Shown piece by piece: positions 12,451 through 25,633 of a stretch of DNA of 64,000 nt (positions are counted from its first letter, which is position 1; each line of letters opens with the position of its first letter). Under the pieces are notes generated by a model. That model worked only from the letters and a program-made list of their open reading frames with translations, searched no databases and had not been told where the DNA came from. A program made the position numbers and the translations under genes. The stretch is taken from positions 15,409,652 through 15,473,651 of the forward strand of contig JAHRHZ010000223.1 in assembly GCA_024137785.1 (NCBI GenBank), given 5' to 3'. This DNA is from Ginglymostoma cirratum (taxonomy: Eukaryota).

Positions 12451-14689
12451 TAGTCTTAAATACAGAGGTCACATAAGGAGGAAGATGGGCTGACTTTCAA
12501 CGTCTGTACAGATGAAAGATGTTGAGAATTACCGATGACAGTCAGGTAAATAGGTTGTGAATTTATCCAGAACTCCTGGATTCAAGTCCCATCTGCTCCA
12601 GAAATGGGTCTGAACAGGCTGATTAAAATATCTATAAGTTGTGAATTCACCAGTACTGGTTCACTGTTGTGGTGGAGCAGAACCCAACTTGGACAGCTTC
12701 AAACATAGAGTTGCAGAACAAATTGATTTCATTCGAAAAGGAAAGGAATATCACAGGTGAAGCTATAGGATGCAAGGAAAAAGGAATTCAAAGTGAATTT
12801 TATGAGAACGGAAATGAAGCCTTTGATTTTGAATGGGAGTTGAAAGAACCATTTACATTCAAACATTGAACCTGGAAGAGAAAGTTAGCTGGTAACAATT
12901 TTATTGGGAATTCATTGGAGTCAATACTGCTGGTGGGTCTCCTGGACTTGGTAAGGGGTGTGAAATTAATGAAAGCATAGGGGTCTGTCTGTGTCAAAGG
13001 CAGATTTGAAAGTAGTTTGACATGTTGAGTAACAAAAGGTTGCTGGACACGAAACATGAACTCCGTTCTGACTTCACAGATGCTGGCAGATCTGCTGAGT
13101 TTCTCCAGTGATTTATGTTTTTGTTTGCTTAAGGATGGTTAAACAACAACTATTGTGAGAGAATGTATTGTAGATATGAGGGAACATCAGGCATATCCTG
13201 TGGGCAATGTGGCTTTGTGGCTATTGTGCTATTACACTGCAGGTGAAGGGTAATGTCAGATTGCCAACACTTGCCTGGGTGCCGAGCAACCTTTTTGAAA
13301 ATATGGGAGCTGAGGATGCTGGTGTTTCAGGTTTATCTGGTAAGTGGCGAGTTCTTCCAAGAAGGCTGGGTGGTAGAATGGGGCTAGAATCAGACAAGAG
13401 GGGCACCATAGGAGCATGGTAGTTAGTAAATGACACACGTTTGGTGAGTTGCAGCAGGAAAACTTACTAGGCTTCGTAGAGATAAATCCTCTGTGATATT
13501 CAATGTAAGTGATACAGTCTAAAATTTAAGATTCAGCCATGTGTCACTTGTGCTGTGATAATCTTATTGACCAATGATATAGAAATTACTTATATTATTC
13601 TAGCTGTGATGACTAGATGTCACAATATGAACATTTCAGACCCAATTGATAATGACAGTATAACTATAAATCTGAAAATTACTGCTGTTGTTCAAAGGAT
13701 GAAACAAGCTATATTTTTCTGTCAATATTTTAACACTGATGTTAACCAATATATTTTAAATGGATTATTGTCTTCCCAATAAAAGAAGACAAACAAATCC
13801 CTTGAAATTTGTCTATTGGTATAGCAAGAGGTAATTTCTTGTCTATAATGTCTATTCATGCACTTCTTTTCTTGATTTGAAGACACTTTTGTAAAACTAT
13901 TACAACACCAAGTAAAAAGGGACTAAACAGCACAATATAGGATTCCTCTCTCTATATTTTTTACTTCAAAAGGCAACCAAATAACCATGAGTGAGACTGA
14001 AATGTGAAGAAAGGCTGAGGTGAGGAAAATGAGATGAATAGAAACTGAATTAGGAAATAAAGACCAGCGCAGACTCTTTGTGCTGAATAGGCCATTTCTT
14101 ACTGAGCAGTCTATGGCATTCAATGCAATAAACAAAGCAGAAATGATGCAACATCTTGCAGACAATCATTTTATTGGTATCAGTTCGGATAATTCAAGAA
14201 AAATTTAAGTGCTGACTAAAAATAAATTGCAGTTTAAATTAAACATATCTCGCGCATAAATAGAGAGACCTTGGGCGCTGGATTTGGCATTTGTATTTTA
14301 AATGTGTTTTGAACACCTCGGTATTTTTTTAAAAAAGTCAGTGAATCCCGCTCAGGCATCTATCATTGCAAAATCAGTTCAGTTCACATCTGTGTAATTC
14401 AGCTAATTTCCACAAATATACACACATTTCTCTAGAATGCCCAGTCTGATGTAGATTGTTGAGAAAGTAGTTGTATCATTCGACTGCCATTGAATAGAAT
14501 AACTTGCAGATTACAGATACTAGTCTGACACCCATATATGTATTGTATATACAGGTTGCCTACTTTAAATGGTCAAATTTGGCATCCAAGTAACATAAGT
14601 TTTCACATTGTACCTCTCAGAATGCATAACATAACTGTCATATAACTGAATAAAATTTAAAAGTTGGAACTAGACCTTTTTAGATTGAA

Positions 14690-14925
14690 ATTAGGATATA
14701 AATGTTACACATAAAGTTTGAGAGAACTTTGGAACTCTCCTGCAAATGGCAATAGACACAAGGTTAACTGCTAACTTTATATGTGAGAAAGGGGTAGATT
14801 TTTTTGTTAACCAAAGGCATCGAAGATATTTGACAAAAGCAGATATATGAAATTATCTTGCAAGTCAGCCATGGTCTCATTGAATAGCTGAACAGGCCGG
14901 AAAGGCCAAGCTGTCTACTGTTTGT
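14690..14925 (+). mobile_element. CR1 3' fragment, old
   Basis: TTGGAACTCTC...GTAGATTTTTTGTTAACCAAAGGCAT...TCAGCCATGGTCTCATTGAAT. Confidence 0.7.
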
Positions 14926-14959
14926 CTCACATTACAGAAATCAATTTGAAGCAATTTGT

Positions 14960-15290
14960 TTTTTAATTCATTCACGGGATATGGCTATCGCTGGCCAGGC
15001 TAGCATTTTATTACCCATTCCTCATGCCCAGACGGCAGTTAACCATATTGCTGTGGGTCTAGAGTCACCTGTGGGCCAGACCAGGTAAGAAACCAATTTC
15101 CTTCCCAAAAATGGCAAATGCATTTTTCCTGGTAATTGTTTGATAATCATCATTAGACATTTAATCCCAGATATTTATTGAATTCATATTCCACTGTTTA
15201 CCATTGTGGGATTTGAAACTAGGTCTCAGAACATTATCAAGGTCTCTGGATTAATAGTCAAGCAATAATACCATAAGACCAATACCTACC
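14960..15290 (-). mobile_element. tRNA-derived SINE, near full length
   Basis: TTTTAATTCATTCACGGGAT tail through GGGATTTGAA...TCTCTGGATTAATAGTC head. Confidence 0.8.
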
Positions 15291-17782
15291 TGTTGATCTA
15301 CATTTGAAGACTTTCTCAGATATGCTGTAGAAACATTACCTTAAGACAGGCTTACATTGTTTCTACTTCACACTATCTATGAAACTTTACAAATTCATGT
15401 TTTTAAGCATTGAAATTATTTGTTTTTCCAAACAACAAAGCAGCAGAGTAGCTTGCTGAAAACTAACAAAACATTCAATATTTAGATGCCAGTGAACAAA
15501 TGAACCACTTTCAAAACAAGCATATATGTCAAACAGGCACCTGCAGTACAACTGTTGCAGTAATTTTTTTTTGTATGAAAAAGGCAACTCACGTCCTTGC
15601 CTCCCTTAAAAAAAATTGATTTGCAACCTGATTCAGTTTTCCTTTTTCAAAAATTCTGAAAAGCTGAGATGGAAAGCTAAACTGATCTATTTTCAGTGTA
15701 AATGTGAATTAAGATTAATTCTGGTTCAAATCTGTGCTTAACATTTAAGTAACTGGATTTCTGTTTAAATCAAGTGAAGAGTGAACAGATTGTTCCATGC
15801 TTAGGGATTTTAAAATTTCAATTTTATGTCGTTCCTGAGAGCCCATATTGGAGTGTTCAATGACAACTGCAGTTATTCTGCCCATAGTGTAAAACAAATG
15901 CTTCAGAAAATGCCTTTAGAAATGCATTTACACTAACTTCTGTAATAAGTTTACATTGTTTAAATGTTTACATTGTTTCCTTATGTTGTAATTTTCACTC
16001 TTGTAAATCTCACTATTTTTTAGTTATTCATATCATTTCCCAACAATCTCATTAAATGTATCTCAAACCTCAGGGATTTAAAACCTAACATTAAATACCT
16101 TTTGCATTTAAACAAGCAAATGCTTTTACAAGCAAATCTCACGATCATTTATATATGTCAAATTATAGACTATTTAGAAATGTTAGCGCATAGATGATCC
16201 AATAAGACGCATTTTCATTGATTTTAACATTAGTATCATTTGTGAGGTGATGACAATGAAAGTTGTTCAGGTTCTGCCCATCATATTTAATTATCTCAGT
16301 GAAACTGCTTCTATGTATCGCACAACTTTGCTTTGGGGGCATCAAGAATAAGATCTAGGTGGACATTTGTATGTTTATGAATCATTTAAGAATTATTTAG
16401 ATTAGTTAAAAGTATTCATTTTGACCAACAGATAATAAAAATGAAAGAATTTCTTGTATCTGGTATTTGTTGTACAGATTGTTTCTACAGTGTGGACACC
16501 AGATGTATTATTTATGGCTGGATAGTGGCATTGTGGGATCTTCACTGGACCCATAACCCAGAGGTGAAATTTTAAGGTCTGAGGGCATTAGTTCAAGTCC
16601 TGCTATGAAGTTGCTGATTTTTTAAAAAGAGTACACCTTTCCAAGGGGGTCTTTGTTAGTAATGCAGATAAATAAGAAAAGGGTAGTGACTACAGATTGA
16701 CCTTTTAAACGTTGGAGCAGACGTGAGGGGCCGAATGATCAATCCTGCTTTTAATTCGTCTGCATTAATTTAAAATGATTAAGATGCCGTTGGACATCTG
16801 ATTTCGATATGATAATTACTCAGTACAAATACTTGATGCCAGGTATAGTCCGCAACAAAATTGTACGTGATTGTTTTGCAGCATCTAAACAAGATTAGAT
16901 GCCCCAAACGTGATCTGAACATTTTTTGTTTTCCATCGGCTTGTGCTAAATACTACAGCCAGATGGATCGTTTGGAGTTGGAGTTGTGATTCACAACAAA
17001 GCATTTGCCTCACCTCTGGTTGAGAGAAGGGTCTCCGACTGAACAAGTGCCCTCAAAAGTGCAATGAAGGACAATTAGTTTTATTAGGAGGCTGGAAACT
17101 TGTCAGTTTAATCTGATGACAGTATCATTGCGATTTGAATTTACGTGCTAGCATCAAAAGATCCTCATTGATGCTTATATTGACATTAGTTTTATGCAAT
17201 GCAATTTTGAATCAAAACAACGGGAGTGTCTCAATGTCGCGGACATTGATGAAAATGTCGCGTGTTGATAAAGATAATAAGAATGTATATTAGAAAGCAG
17301 CATACGTCTTTCTATACGTTTATGGATGGATCATTTTATTTGTTCGCAAACCAAAGCAGATGAAGATGACAATTTGTAGCTGTGCATACCATTTGGTGAT
17401 TATCCCATTTAAAGCAAATATGTTTTCAAAATGTTATCTGCATGTGAATTCGAGAAAAGAGCTGGAACTGCCTAGTAATTCACCGCTGTCAATTTCTGCA
17501 TGAAGTTATGCAAAAAAAAAGTGCCGGAGAAGCAGTCAAAATGACGACGGTGGAAGTGAAGGATTTACATTGTCGGATCAGCGGTCAAATCCACGGCACA
17601 TGTACTGAAAGGAGTCTTTGAAGAATAAAGTAGTTTTTTTTCGCGAAAACTTCCTTGATATGTTTAGGATTAAAAGAAAATTATGACCTGTGTCCCAAGG
17701 CCTTCCGAAAGTAATTATGAAATCAAAAATGACCACACAACGCAGCAGGGAGAAAGTTTGGGTAGTGGTATAAGGTGTTGAA

Positions 17783-17881
17783 CCACCCACATATCTATAA
17801 AAAGAATCAATTATTTTCACCAGGTTATGCGGTGAAGCGCCATGGGTGGGAACCGAGTGATAGTCTGCGCGAACGGTGAGT
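17783..17881 (+). promoter_or_regulatory. CACCC plus TATA promoter and short exon with Kozak ATG and splice donor
   Basis: CCACCCAC 17783-90, TATAAAAAG 17796-804, GCGCCATGG (ATG 17842), donor ACG|GTGAGT at 17875/76. An acceptor TTATTTTCACCAG ends at 17823. Confidence 0.4.
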
Positions 17882-19530
17882 TATTTACATTTTCCTGGAA
17901 ACGTTAGATATAGTTTGTTGGTAGGCCTAGTTTTGATTTGGAAGTGAATAGAAGTGGGGATAAAATTGGACAAGCGCACCACTTGAACTTTGTAATAGAC
18001 AAACCATAAAGAACCTTATGCAAACGTCCATATTCTCTACAATTCATCAACTTAAGCAATTTGTGATTGGCAAGCCTTTATACAAAAAAAATCAAGGCTT
18101 CAAACTTTGTAACAACAAAATGTCGGAATGATTAAAGAAAACCTGGCAAGTATAAAAGTGGCACATGATTATAATGAAAACGAGACAGCCGTCTTCCCTC
18201 AATTGCAGAGCAGATTTGTTAATTTCTTCCCATACCGCTTGCTGAACTAAATGTAATCTAACACGGAAAATGTAATTGCAAACGAATATTTTAATTCAAT
18301 TTGAAAGTTGTAAAACATTGGAATATGAGAACGAATAGTTCAATTCAAACGTTTAACTGTGTTCTGCCTGGAAAAAGTTAGCCAGTCAGTGCACCTTTTT
18401 CGATTTTACTTGCCCTTCCTAGGCTGATTTCCTGTTTAAGAACATCACGCATAAGACTTTTGTATCACTTTTAGGGTTAAGACGCTGTTCAAGGCATTGT
18501 AGTTGTTCGACAACAATGAAAATATTTTGGGAATCAAATGGCATAAGTTTTTTCTTGGTCAGCATACTTACCCAATCCAATCAGCATATCCAAATTGTAT
18601 CTGTTACAATGCATATGCTACACGCATCAATACAGAACTAGCTAATAGGGGCAAAATCCTCATATTGATCCATCTCGCAGTTTTATGTTTGTCAATGAAA
18701 AAATTGAAACTTTGAAACAATCATTCGTTGTGCTTTACAAAAGGAAATTGTTGGATTCGCTGTTGTTTTAAGTGATATTGTCATCTGATTCCAGTTCAAG
18801 ACTTTATTTTTCAATTTACTACACTGTCAACAGTGCTGAATGCAATACCTACCGAAGCTGCATGAAGTATGTATTTGAATACCGCACTCAGCAAATTGAC
18901 ATTTAAACTATTATCAATTAATCGAAGACTGTTTCTTGCATGGAAAATAAAGCTATCCTTGATGTTTGATAAATAGTGGAAACCAAGATCGTGAACATAC
19001 AAAAACTCACTTCAGCTGTTTTTATTTTAAAATGTAATAGCTTTGCTTTTCACAATGTTGGAGCATGCATGTTTTCGAAAATTCCTGTTATACGTGCAGG
19101 CAATTGTGCCGTTGACACATTGTTCTTGACTTCGCCCAGATGTCCTGCCTCGAGAAGCAATACATTATAGAGAGACTTCAACATGGTTAATGTAACTGAA
19201 AGCAAGCCCTATGGATTTCGAGGGAATATTGAAGTAACTTACTGAAGAGCTATCTACTGATTTTTCCAAACACACATTTAGTAACAGAAAAAATGATTTA
19301 TTTTTCTGCTTTGAATATTGAACAATTACTCGATTGAAATCCATTCAAAACTCTGAAACTATGCTGGAAGGACAGAATAAAGCTCTGAAGGCTGGGGCTA
19401 TCTGTATTCAGAAGCAAAATTGCGTACAAGGCAATCCATTTGCTCCCTATTAAAAATAATCTTCTGGGAACTGAATCCTAGGCTAGTAGACTCTTCTCAT
19501 TTAAAGGCGAGTTTCCAGCCAAGCCAGTAG

Positions 19531-19550
19531 AGGTTAAAGGGGAAAGGTCA
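19531..19550 (+). promoter_or_regulatory. Tandem DR1 nuclear receptor element
   Basis: AGGTTA-A-AGGGGA-A-AGGTCA: three half-sites, each spaced by 1 nt. Confidence 0.4.
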
Positions 19551-22129
19551 GATACTGGAGAAGTACACTGGCGCCCAGAACAGCAGAGTTCTAAGAAGCA
19601 GACAGCCTCTCCCAGCTAATTTCCTTCAGTTTGGCTAAATGGTTTGTCCAGTATCGCTGCACCTCTCTCTTTTAATTGCGCTAGAAGTCGTTAAGGAATA
19701 AAACACTCTTGTGTTCATATTTCGCGGACGAGATTGAAACAGATGCTTGTCTAAGTTGTTACTTGAGGTTATTATTTGACAAACTCTACATTTACTGTTA
19801 CGTCTCGGTTAAAATTCTGGTTAATCGTTCGACTTTGTTCTTTCCTCGTTCTTTCAAATGAATAAAGGTTAGCGACTATTCGGTGATAAAATGTTAATTT
19901 AGCATCGTTATTCTTTATGCCATTAGGTGACAAGGCACCTACATATTTGAACAAGACACACATACTGCAAACACATTGCAAGCAGATCTAAAAGAGACAT
20001 ATCAAAACAACGTGATAGAAGATTATTAATTACACGAGTTCACACAAGGGACAATGCACTATTGTGTTGTCGATTACAGACTTTTACATTTAATTTTACA
20101 GGTATCCATCATGCACATTACATTAAGGTCCTAGTTTCTGAGCAGCATTCAGAACATCTACAACTTTTCTTCGCCACTCAGCAGTCAGAGTTTATGAGAC
20201 TCGTATATTTTAGACAAAGCGGGATGAGGTGGAAAATGGTCCATAAATTCTGACGTTGATTTACGCAGGAGTCCATTTGCAGACCATCCCAAGGAGTCCT
20301 TGCTCAGTCCTGATCTGCACCAGCTGGAACCTGCCATGCCAGGGAAACGCTGAGCAGAGTTCACTAACTGCAGACAGAGCTAAAGTAAACAGAGGTGGTC
20401 ATTCACATTCAAGTTAGCAGCCTTTGGACAGATGATCGGGACCGGAGACCACACACCCGGACCACACAAGGACCAGACCGTCCCACTTGCACGCCAACAA
20501 ACGCGGATTTCTCCTCCTACTCTGGTACACTGTTCAGCGCGGTCCTAAAGACAGCTTGTCATAGAAATGTAGTCCGGCACTTGACATGAAAATCCGATCT
20601 TTACATGACGAATTCACAGAATAACACACTTACTATAATCGTAGATACCACGATAAAGCTAATAAGAAGTTTAATTTAGCAGTGCCTTTCAATTTGAATA
20701 TAAGAAACGAAAGTCAGGCACATACTATCGTATTTCATTTTCTGCTCGCTTACATTTTGGTTGATTTGCTTCTGTGTGCTTTTTAGCCTGTTGTATTCCC
20801 CAGATTGTAAATCGAACAAACTACAGAGAAGCGAGTGGTGTGTGGCTTGAAATGGGTAAAAAGGCCATCGAGATGCGATTGAACATCTCAGTCTGTCCGT
20901 CATTAAGGCGACATTTTATTCCTGTCTATTAACGTTTACGTGGAAAGTGCACTTTAAATTGTGACAGGCATGTATTTCATCTTTTAACGTTGGTATTGAG
21001 ATTTTCCTTTATAGAGTGTTTCCCAAGCTCGCCAAAACAAAGCTTTTTGTTTCCTTTTTACACCTTCAACATAAACACATGATAAATTCAGTTTTCATAT
21101 GTCCACCAGCAGCATTCTCAGTGAGACATAAAAGTATATTTCATTACATGTCTCCCAGTTAACTGGAGAGCACTTTATTCAACAACACGGTTAAAATGTT
21201 CAGGATTTTCTAGTTGTAATTTTGGGGTGCTCGCATTGATGGGAACGTCAACGAGACAATGTCAGAATGAACGAGAACGCAAGCGAAAAGTCAAATTCTC
21301 AGTTATGTCAACCTGCCAACATTTTCAAGCTGAGTTTATTGGATTGTCCAGACCTACGCATATACTTAATGTTTGCAAACACATATCATGGTATAATGTT
21401 TCATAAATGGCTGAATTAATTTTCACGCACAGAGTTACGACATGGAATGTATCATTTCTACAATATCAGCTATTTCTGAGTAGATTTCAATCATTTAGAG
21501 AGAAAATCTGAATTACTTTACTAAACAAATGTATTTATTAGCTGAGCTGTGTATTACATATTTGCAGTTGTCATCTACTGGTCGCCAATACATACCACTC
21601 AAAAAAAAAGCTGCAGTAAAATTATTTGTATGTGCGTTTACTAGTTGTTTCGTATTCTGCCGGTAAATTAAAGTCAGGCCACTTTCCAACAGTTTCAACT
21701 TCACGAGTTCAAAGTGGCTGTTTACAATGAGAGGGCAAGTATCAGGCAAAGATAACACTTTTCACAATGTGACAAATGTTGTGTTAACACCTAAAGCTGT
21801 GCATAGATGGGGCCGAAAGATCCACTAAAACCCTATGATTTTGCTTCTAAACAAGTCACATTTTCTTAAGTGGCACGATTAGTATGTACATTTAAATATG
21901 AAACAGCTTGTGACTTGCTGATTCTAAAATGAGTGATACAGAATCAGTTGGCATATTTGGCACATTTTAAAAATCTTACTTTCAAATACATGGCATGGCC
22001 TAATTATGTCATTTAAAAACTTTATTATCACAATGTGATCCAATTAGTGAGATGTGTTAAACATATATGAATGTATAAAATGAAAGGCGCGACGGTTCTA
22101 TCTATGATCAAGATAGGAGTAATGTTCAA

Positions 22130-22240
22130 AATAGAAACAAAAACAGAAAATGCTGGAAAAACACAGCAGGTCTGACAGCATCTGTGAAGAGAAAGCAGAG
22201 TTAACGTTTCGAGTCAGGTGACCTTTTTCAGGACGTTAAC
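22130..22240 (-). mobile_element. Penelope-derived short insertion
   Basis: AACAGAAAATGCTGGAAAAACACAGCAGGTCTGACAGCATCTGTG...GTTAACGTTTCGAGTC. Confidence 0.75.
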
Positions 22241-22693
22241 ATTAAATAAATTGTTTTACTTCCATGATCAAATGCCAGTGTTTATATGTATGAAATTGTT
22301 TTCTGAACAAAGCCCTTACATTTAGAGAGAGGGAGAACATTGTAAGCGGTAAGCCAAAAGCACAGAGGCATCTTTTCATAACACAGTCACTGTCTTATCT
22401 CTGACTCCAGCATCGGCAGCTCTTATTACCTTTGAGGTAACTTTTCATCATGTCTTGTAATTAACTGAGAATTTTACAAATGAAGTGATTTCTGATAAAT
22501 GCAATTCGGCGGTCAGATTTTGGTCAAAAAGAAGAATTTGACCGAGATGTTACTTTTTCATGGGTTGGTTGAGTGCGTCTGGGGTATATATCCCTGCTGG
22601 GATACATGAAAGTCATGCTCTTTCAGAGCAACGAACCTCTGGGCCGAGCAGAGAACTTGCTGGGAGAGCATTTCAAATCGTACTATTGTTTGT

Positions 22694-22828
22694 GAGAGAG
22701 ATAGTAGGAACTGCAGATGCTGGAGAATCTGAGATAACAAGGTGTAGAGCTGGATGAAAACAGCAAGCCAAGCAGCATCAGAGGAACAAGAAGGCTGACG
22801 TTTCAGGCCTAGATACATCTTCAGAAAA
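22694..22828 (-). mobile_element. Penelope-derived short insertion with hammerhead core
   Basis: GAGATAGTAGGAACTGCAGATGCTGGAGAATC... Minus strand CTGAAGA...GAAAC-GTC. 7-bp direct repeat TGTTTGT at 22687-93 and 22829-35. Confidence 0.8.
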
Positions 22829-23764
22829 TGTTTGTATCCAGGCTGTATTGCTCCCAAGAAGTCAGAAGTGGTCAGGCAGCCCTGCGGACATAGAACTCAT
22901 TGCAGGCCAATTTGGAAGTTAGCGATACACGTGGAGTATGGCCTAGCCCTTTGAATCAGGGTAAACCAAATAAAATTGCGAGGTTACCTTAGAATTTCTA
23001 TGACCTGAAATATTCTTATGTGTTTTTCAAACTGTACTTCAGTTTCTAGGACAAAATGAGAGCAGAGCTCTCATCCTGAATTTTGCTTCAATCTTTTCTG
23101 TTAATCTATTTCTAATTCTTAACCTCTTTTGATTTAATAATCCGCAGATTTGAAATTTGCTAGGCAATCTATACTCGCAACGTTTTGTAGTAGTTTGAGC
23201 AGTTTTTTTCTGATTATGGCAAGCGTTAGTTATGGGAAATATTAATTATGTTTCGACACGTCATAAGAACAGCGTCGGAGACAATGCTCTAGCAGCGTCT
23301 GGTGTGAGAGAATCAGAGAACGCTCCGAGTCCGAATTAACTTTTCTTCAGAACTGTTTTTATTTCAGATCTCCAACATCCGCGGTATTTTAGATTTTTTT
23401 TTAATATACACGTGTTCGTCCGCGACAGACTTCAAATAGATGACAATCATCAACAGTTTTAATTCTGGATTCTGAATCACATGAGATTCCGAATTAATCA
23501 TTTACTAGTCATTTACAGTATTTGTTCAACATGACAACAAGAAACATTTTCATTGCAATAACTAAGAGTGCTAGAATGTTTAATTAACAAGATATGTCGA
23601 TTTAAAGGCTTATTAAAATATGCATGTTTTAAATTTGATATCTGCGTTTTCCAGTGATGCACTTGGAGCTTCAACAATATCAGTTTTGTAGGCCGCTTCG
23701 TTGCAAAATTATTTCCTTCTGAGTGGATGAGTACCACAAAATATCTGATTAGAGTTTCGCGTGT

Positions 23765-24210
23765 AGAGTGGATTGGAGAGGAAGACCGCCCCTTCGCTTC
23801 TTGAAGAAACTGTCTCCCAAATAACGCACAATGTACCAGGAAGAGTGGCACTCCCCCCAACAAACCCACCCCCACCCCTTTCTCTCCCTCCCCTCCCCCA
23901 CCCAAATCTGCAGAGCCCTGTCCTGGCCGGTACACCTCACTCCCTGAATAGCGATTGGAGTTTCCTTTTTCAGCTAGGCTTGAAGCCGAAAAGAATGACC
24001 CCGGCAGCTTTCCAGGGGAATCTGTTTATTCGTCAGAGACATTTGTGGATATAAGTTGCGTGACTTTTGCAGATCACAAGATTTGCTCTGCCTGTGACCC
24101 TCTGCGTCATCTCATTTAAACAACACCACTTCACCTTATCTCCAACCCCACCCCCAAACTCCAGTCCGCCTTTAAAAAAAAGTCAGTTAGCAAACCCAGC
24201 CTTGTGAGTT
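23765..24210. promoter_or_regulatory. Promoter-like motif cluster
   Basis: Two reverse CCAAT boxes (23771, 23953), GC box CCGCCC (23786), C-run tract 23851-23905, TGCGTCA, CTTATCT (GATA), CCCCACCCC, and a donor-like GTGAGT at 24204. Confidence 0.5.
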
Positions 24211-25633
24211 AAGAATGAACACTCAAGCTATAGATATTGAGACATTAAATGAGTGCACTAATGTCGATGTTTGGAAACCAAACGGAGATTATGTGCAAAT
24301 ACCGGCGGCGTAATACATTGCCACCGAATGGGAATAAATTCCGTCAAAATAGGAGGAGGGTACCGTTTTGTGTGCCGTTACCTCCACGTGTGGAATGCGA
24401 CTAGTGCATGCACCAGTTAGCAAAAACCATCTAACCAGTGTTCCCCCGACTTGACGAATGTGGTGTCAGGTCGGAATATTTCAACAACATGTTTCAGCTA
24501 AAGAAATACAAAACCGACCGCTGGTTAAAGCCTCGACATTTCTCAGTTATTGACAGTTGCACGCTCTGTTACATTATTACATCTTGGCTAATGAAACCTA
24601 CACAAGCCTCTCATAGAATATGCGCATTCATCATTGTCCACTCGTCCGCCGAACTGTCTGAGACCCTCACATGCATAGGTCTTGATGTCACCTTTATTCA
24701 TTCGAATAGAAAATACATAAGGGGTTATTTTTAATCATATATATAGAGAGAGACTAAGTAGAGTGCAGATTGGAATTCCCGGCGGATTGCGCTAATGACC
24801 ATGGAAGTATTCGGTTTATTTCTATTTTTTTCGTTGCAATCACTTCTCAATTGTACACAAAACGGTCGGCCCGGGCCCTTAATGAGATGGATTAATGGAA
24901 TTTTTGGGTAATTTAGACGGCAATCCTGTTTGGGAAAGAATGCCAGCAAAGTGCTCACTGTTGAAAGGATTCCGTTGCATCATAACTGTAGGTGCACATA
25001 GTCAATTCGCATTCAGTCTCCTTAGCACCGCGAGATTGACTATCCTAGTTTCTCCATGTAGGCAACACAGAGAGAATTGCACCACATAGTTTTTTAAATT
25101 TTATTTTAAAAATCTTCATTTACATGATGTTACAGTTAAACGTTAAAACAAACAGGACAGGGGTGCACTGGGGTATGTATGAATATGTCACTCATAGCTA
25201 TTTCACATTCTGTGCATTAATCTTCCACCAGCAGTTTAGACGTGTGCTGGAATGTACATAGCTGTAGGCTACCAAGGAAAAGCGCTGTCCAACTCTCACT
25301 GCTTTCCACTTGATGCCTCATTTAACAACGTGGGCAGCTCATGGGGGATGGAGATCTGGGCAGCCCAGAAACAGCAGATCCAAGACCAGGAGGAGCCTCG
25401 GAGTCTAAAAAGTACAACCCGGTGACAGGAGAATAAATAACTCTCCAAGATTTATACCATGCATGCATGAAAGGGCAGAGATTTATAGAATGCTTACTTA
25501 AGGCGGGGTAGCTGGGGGCTGGGGGCTGGGGGGTGGCTTATTCGGGATTGGGACCTCTACATGTTACAGTACATCCTAAAAAGGCCTGATGCTTTTGAAA
25601 GACAAACCTAGGTTCCTTCAACTTGAGCATGCA

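Noticed and set aside
13923-14165. ORF with a signal-peptide-like start (MSARCCIISALFIAL)
   Set aside because: Starts at TTG, no recognisable homology and no supporting exon chain.
16515-16610. tRNA-like A/B boxes (also ~54055 and 29965-30190)
   Set aside because: No cloverleaf; these are degenerate SINE heads.
17142-17149. TACGTGCT, identical to the EPO hypoxia-response core
   Set aside because: ACGTG is frequent in this CpG-rich domain and no EPO-like exons were found.
21852-21920. Inverted repeat CAAGTCACA...TGTGACTTG as a pre-miRNA
   Set aside because: Only 9 bp pair and the interior does not. I also recognised no conserved vertebrate mature miRNA anywhere in the window by eye.
23513-24054. 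Overlapping Gly- or Pro-rich ORFs
   Set aside because: Explained by the low-complexity C-run promoter tract.
24255-24310. Minus-strand RRRYLHIISVWFPN as homeodomain helix 3
   Set aside because: Only VWF.N matches, and the upstream spacing does not fit helices 1-2.
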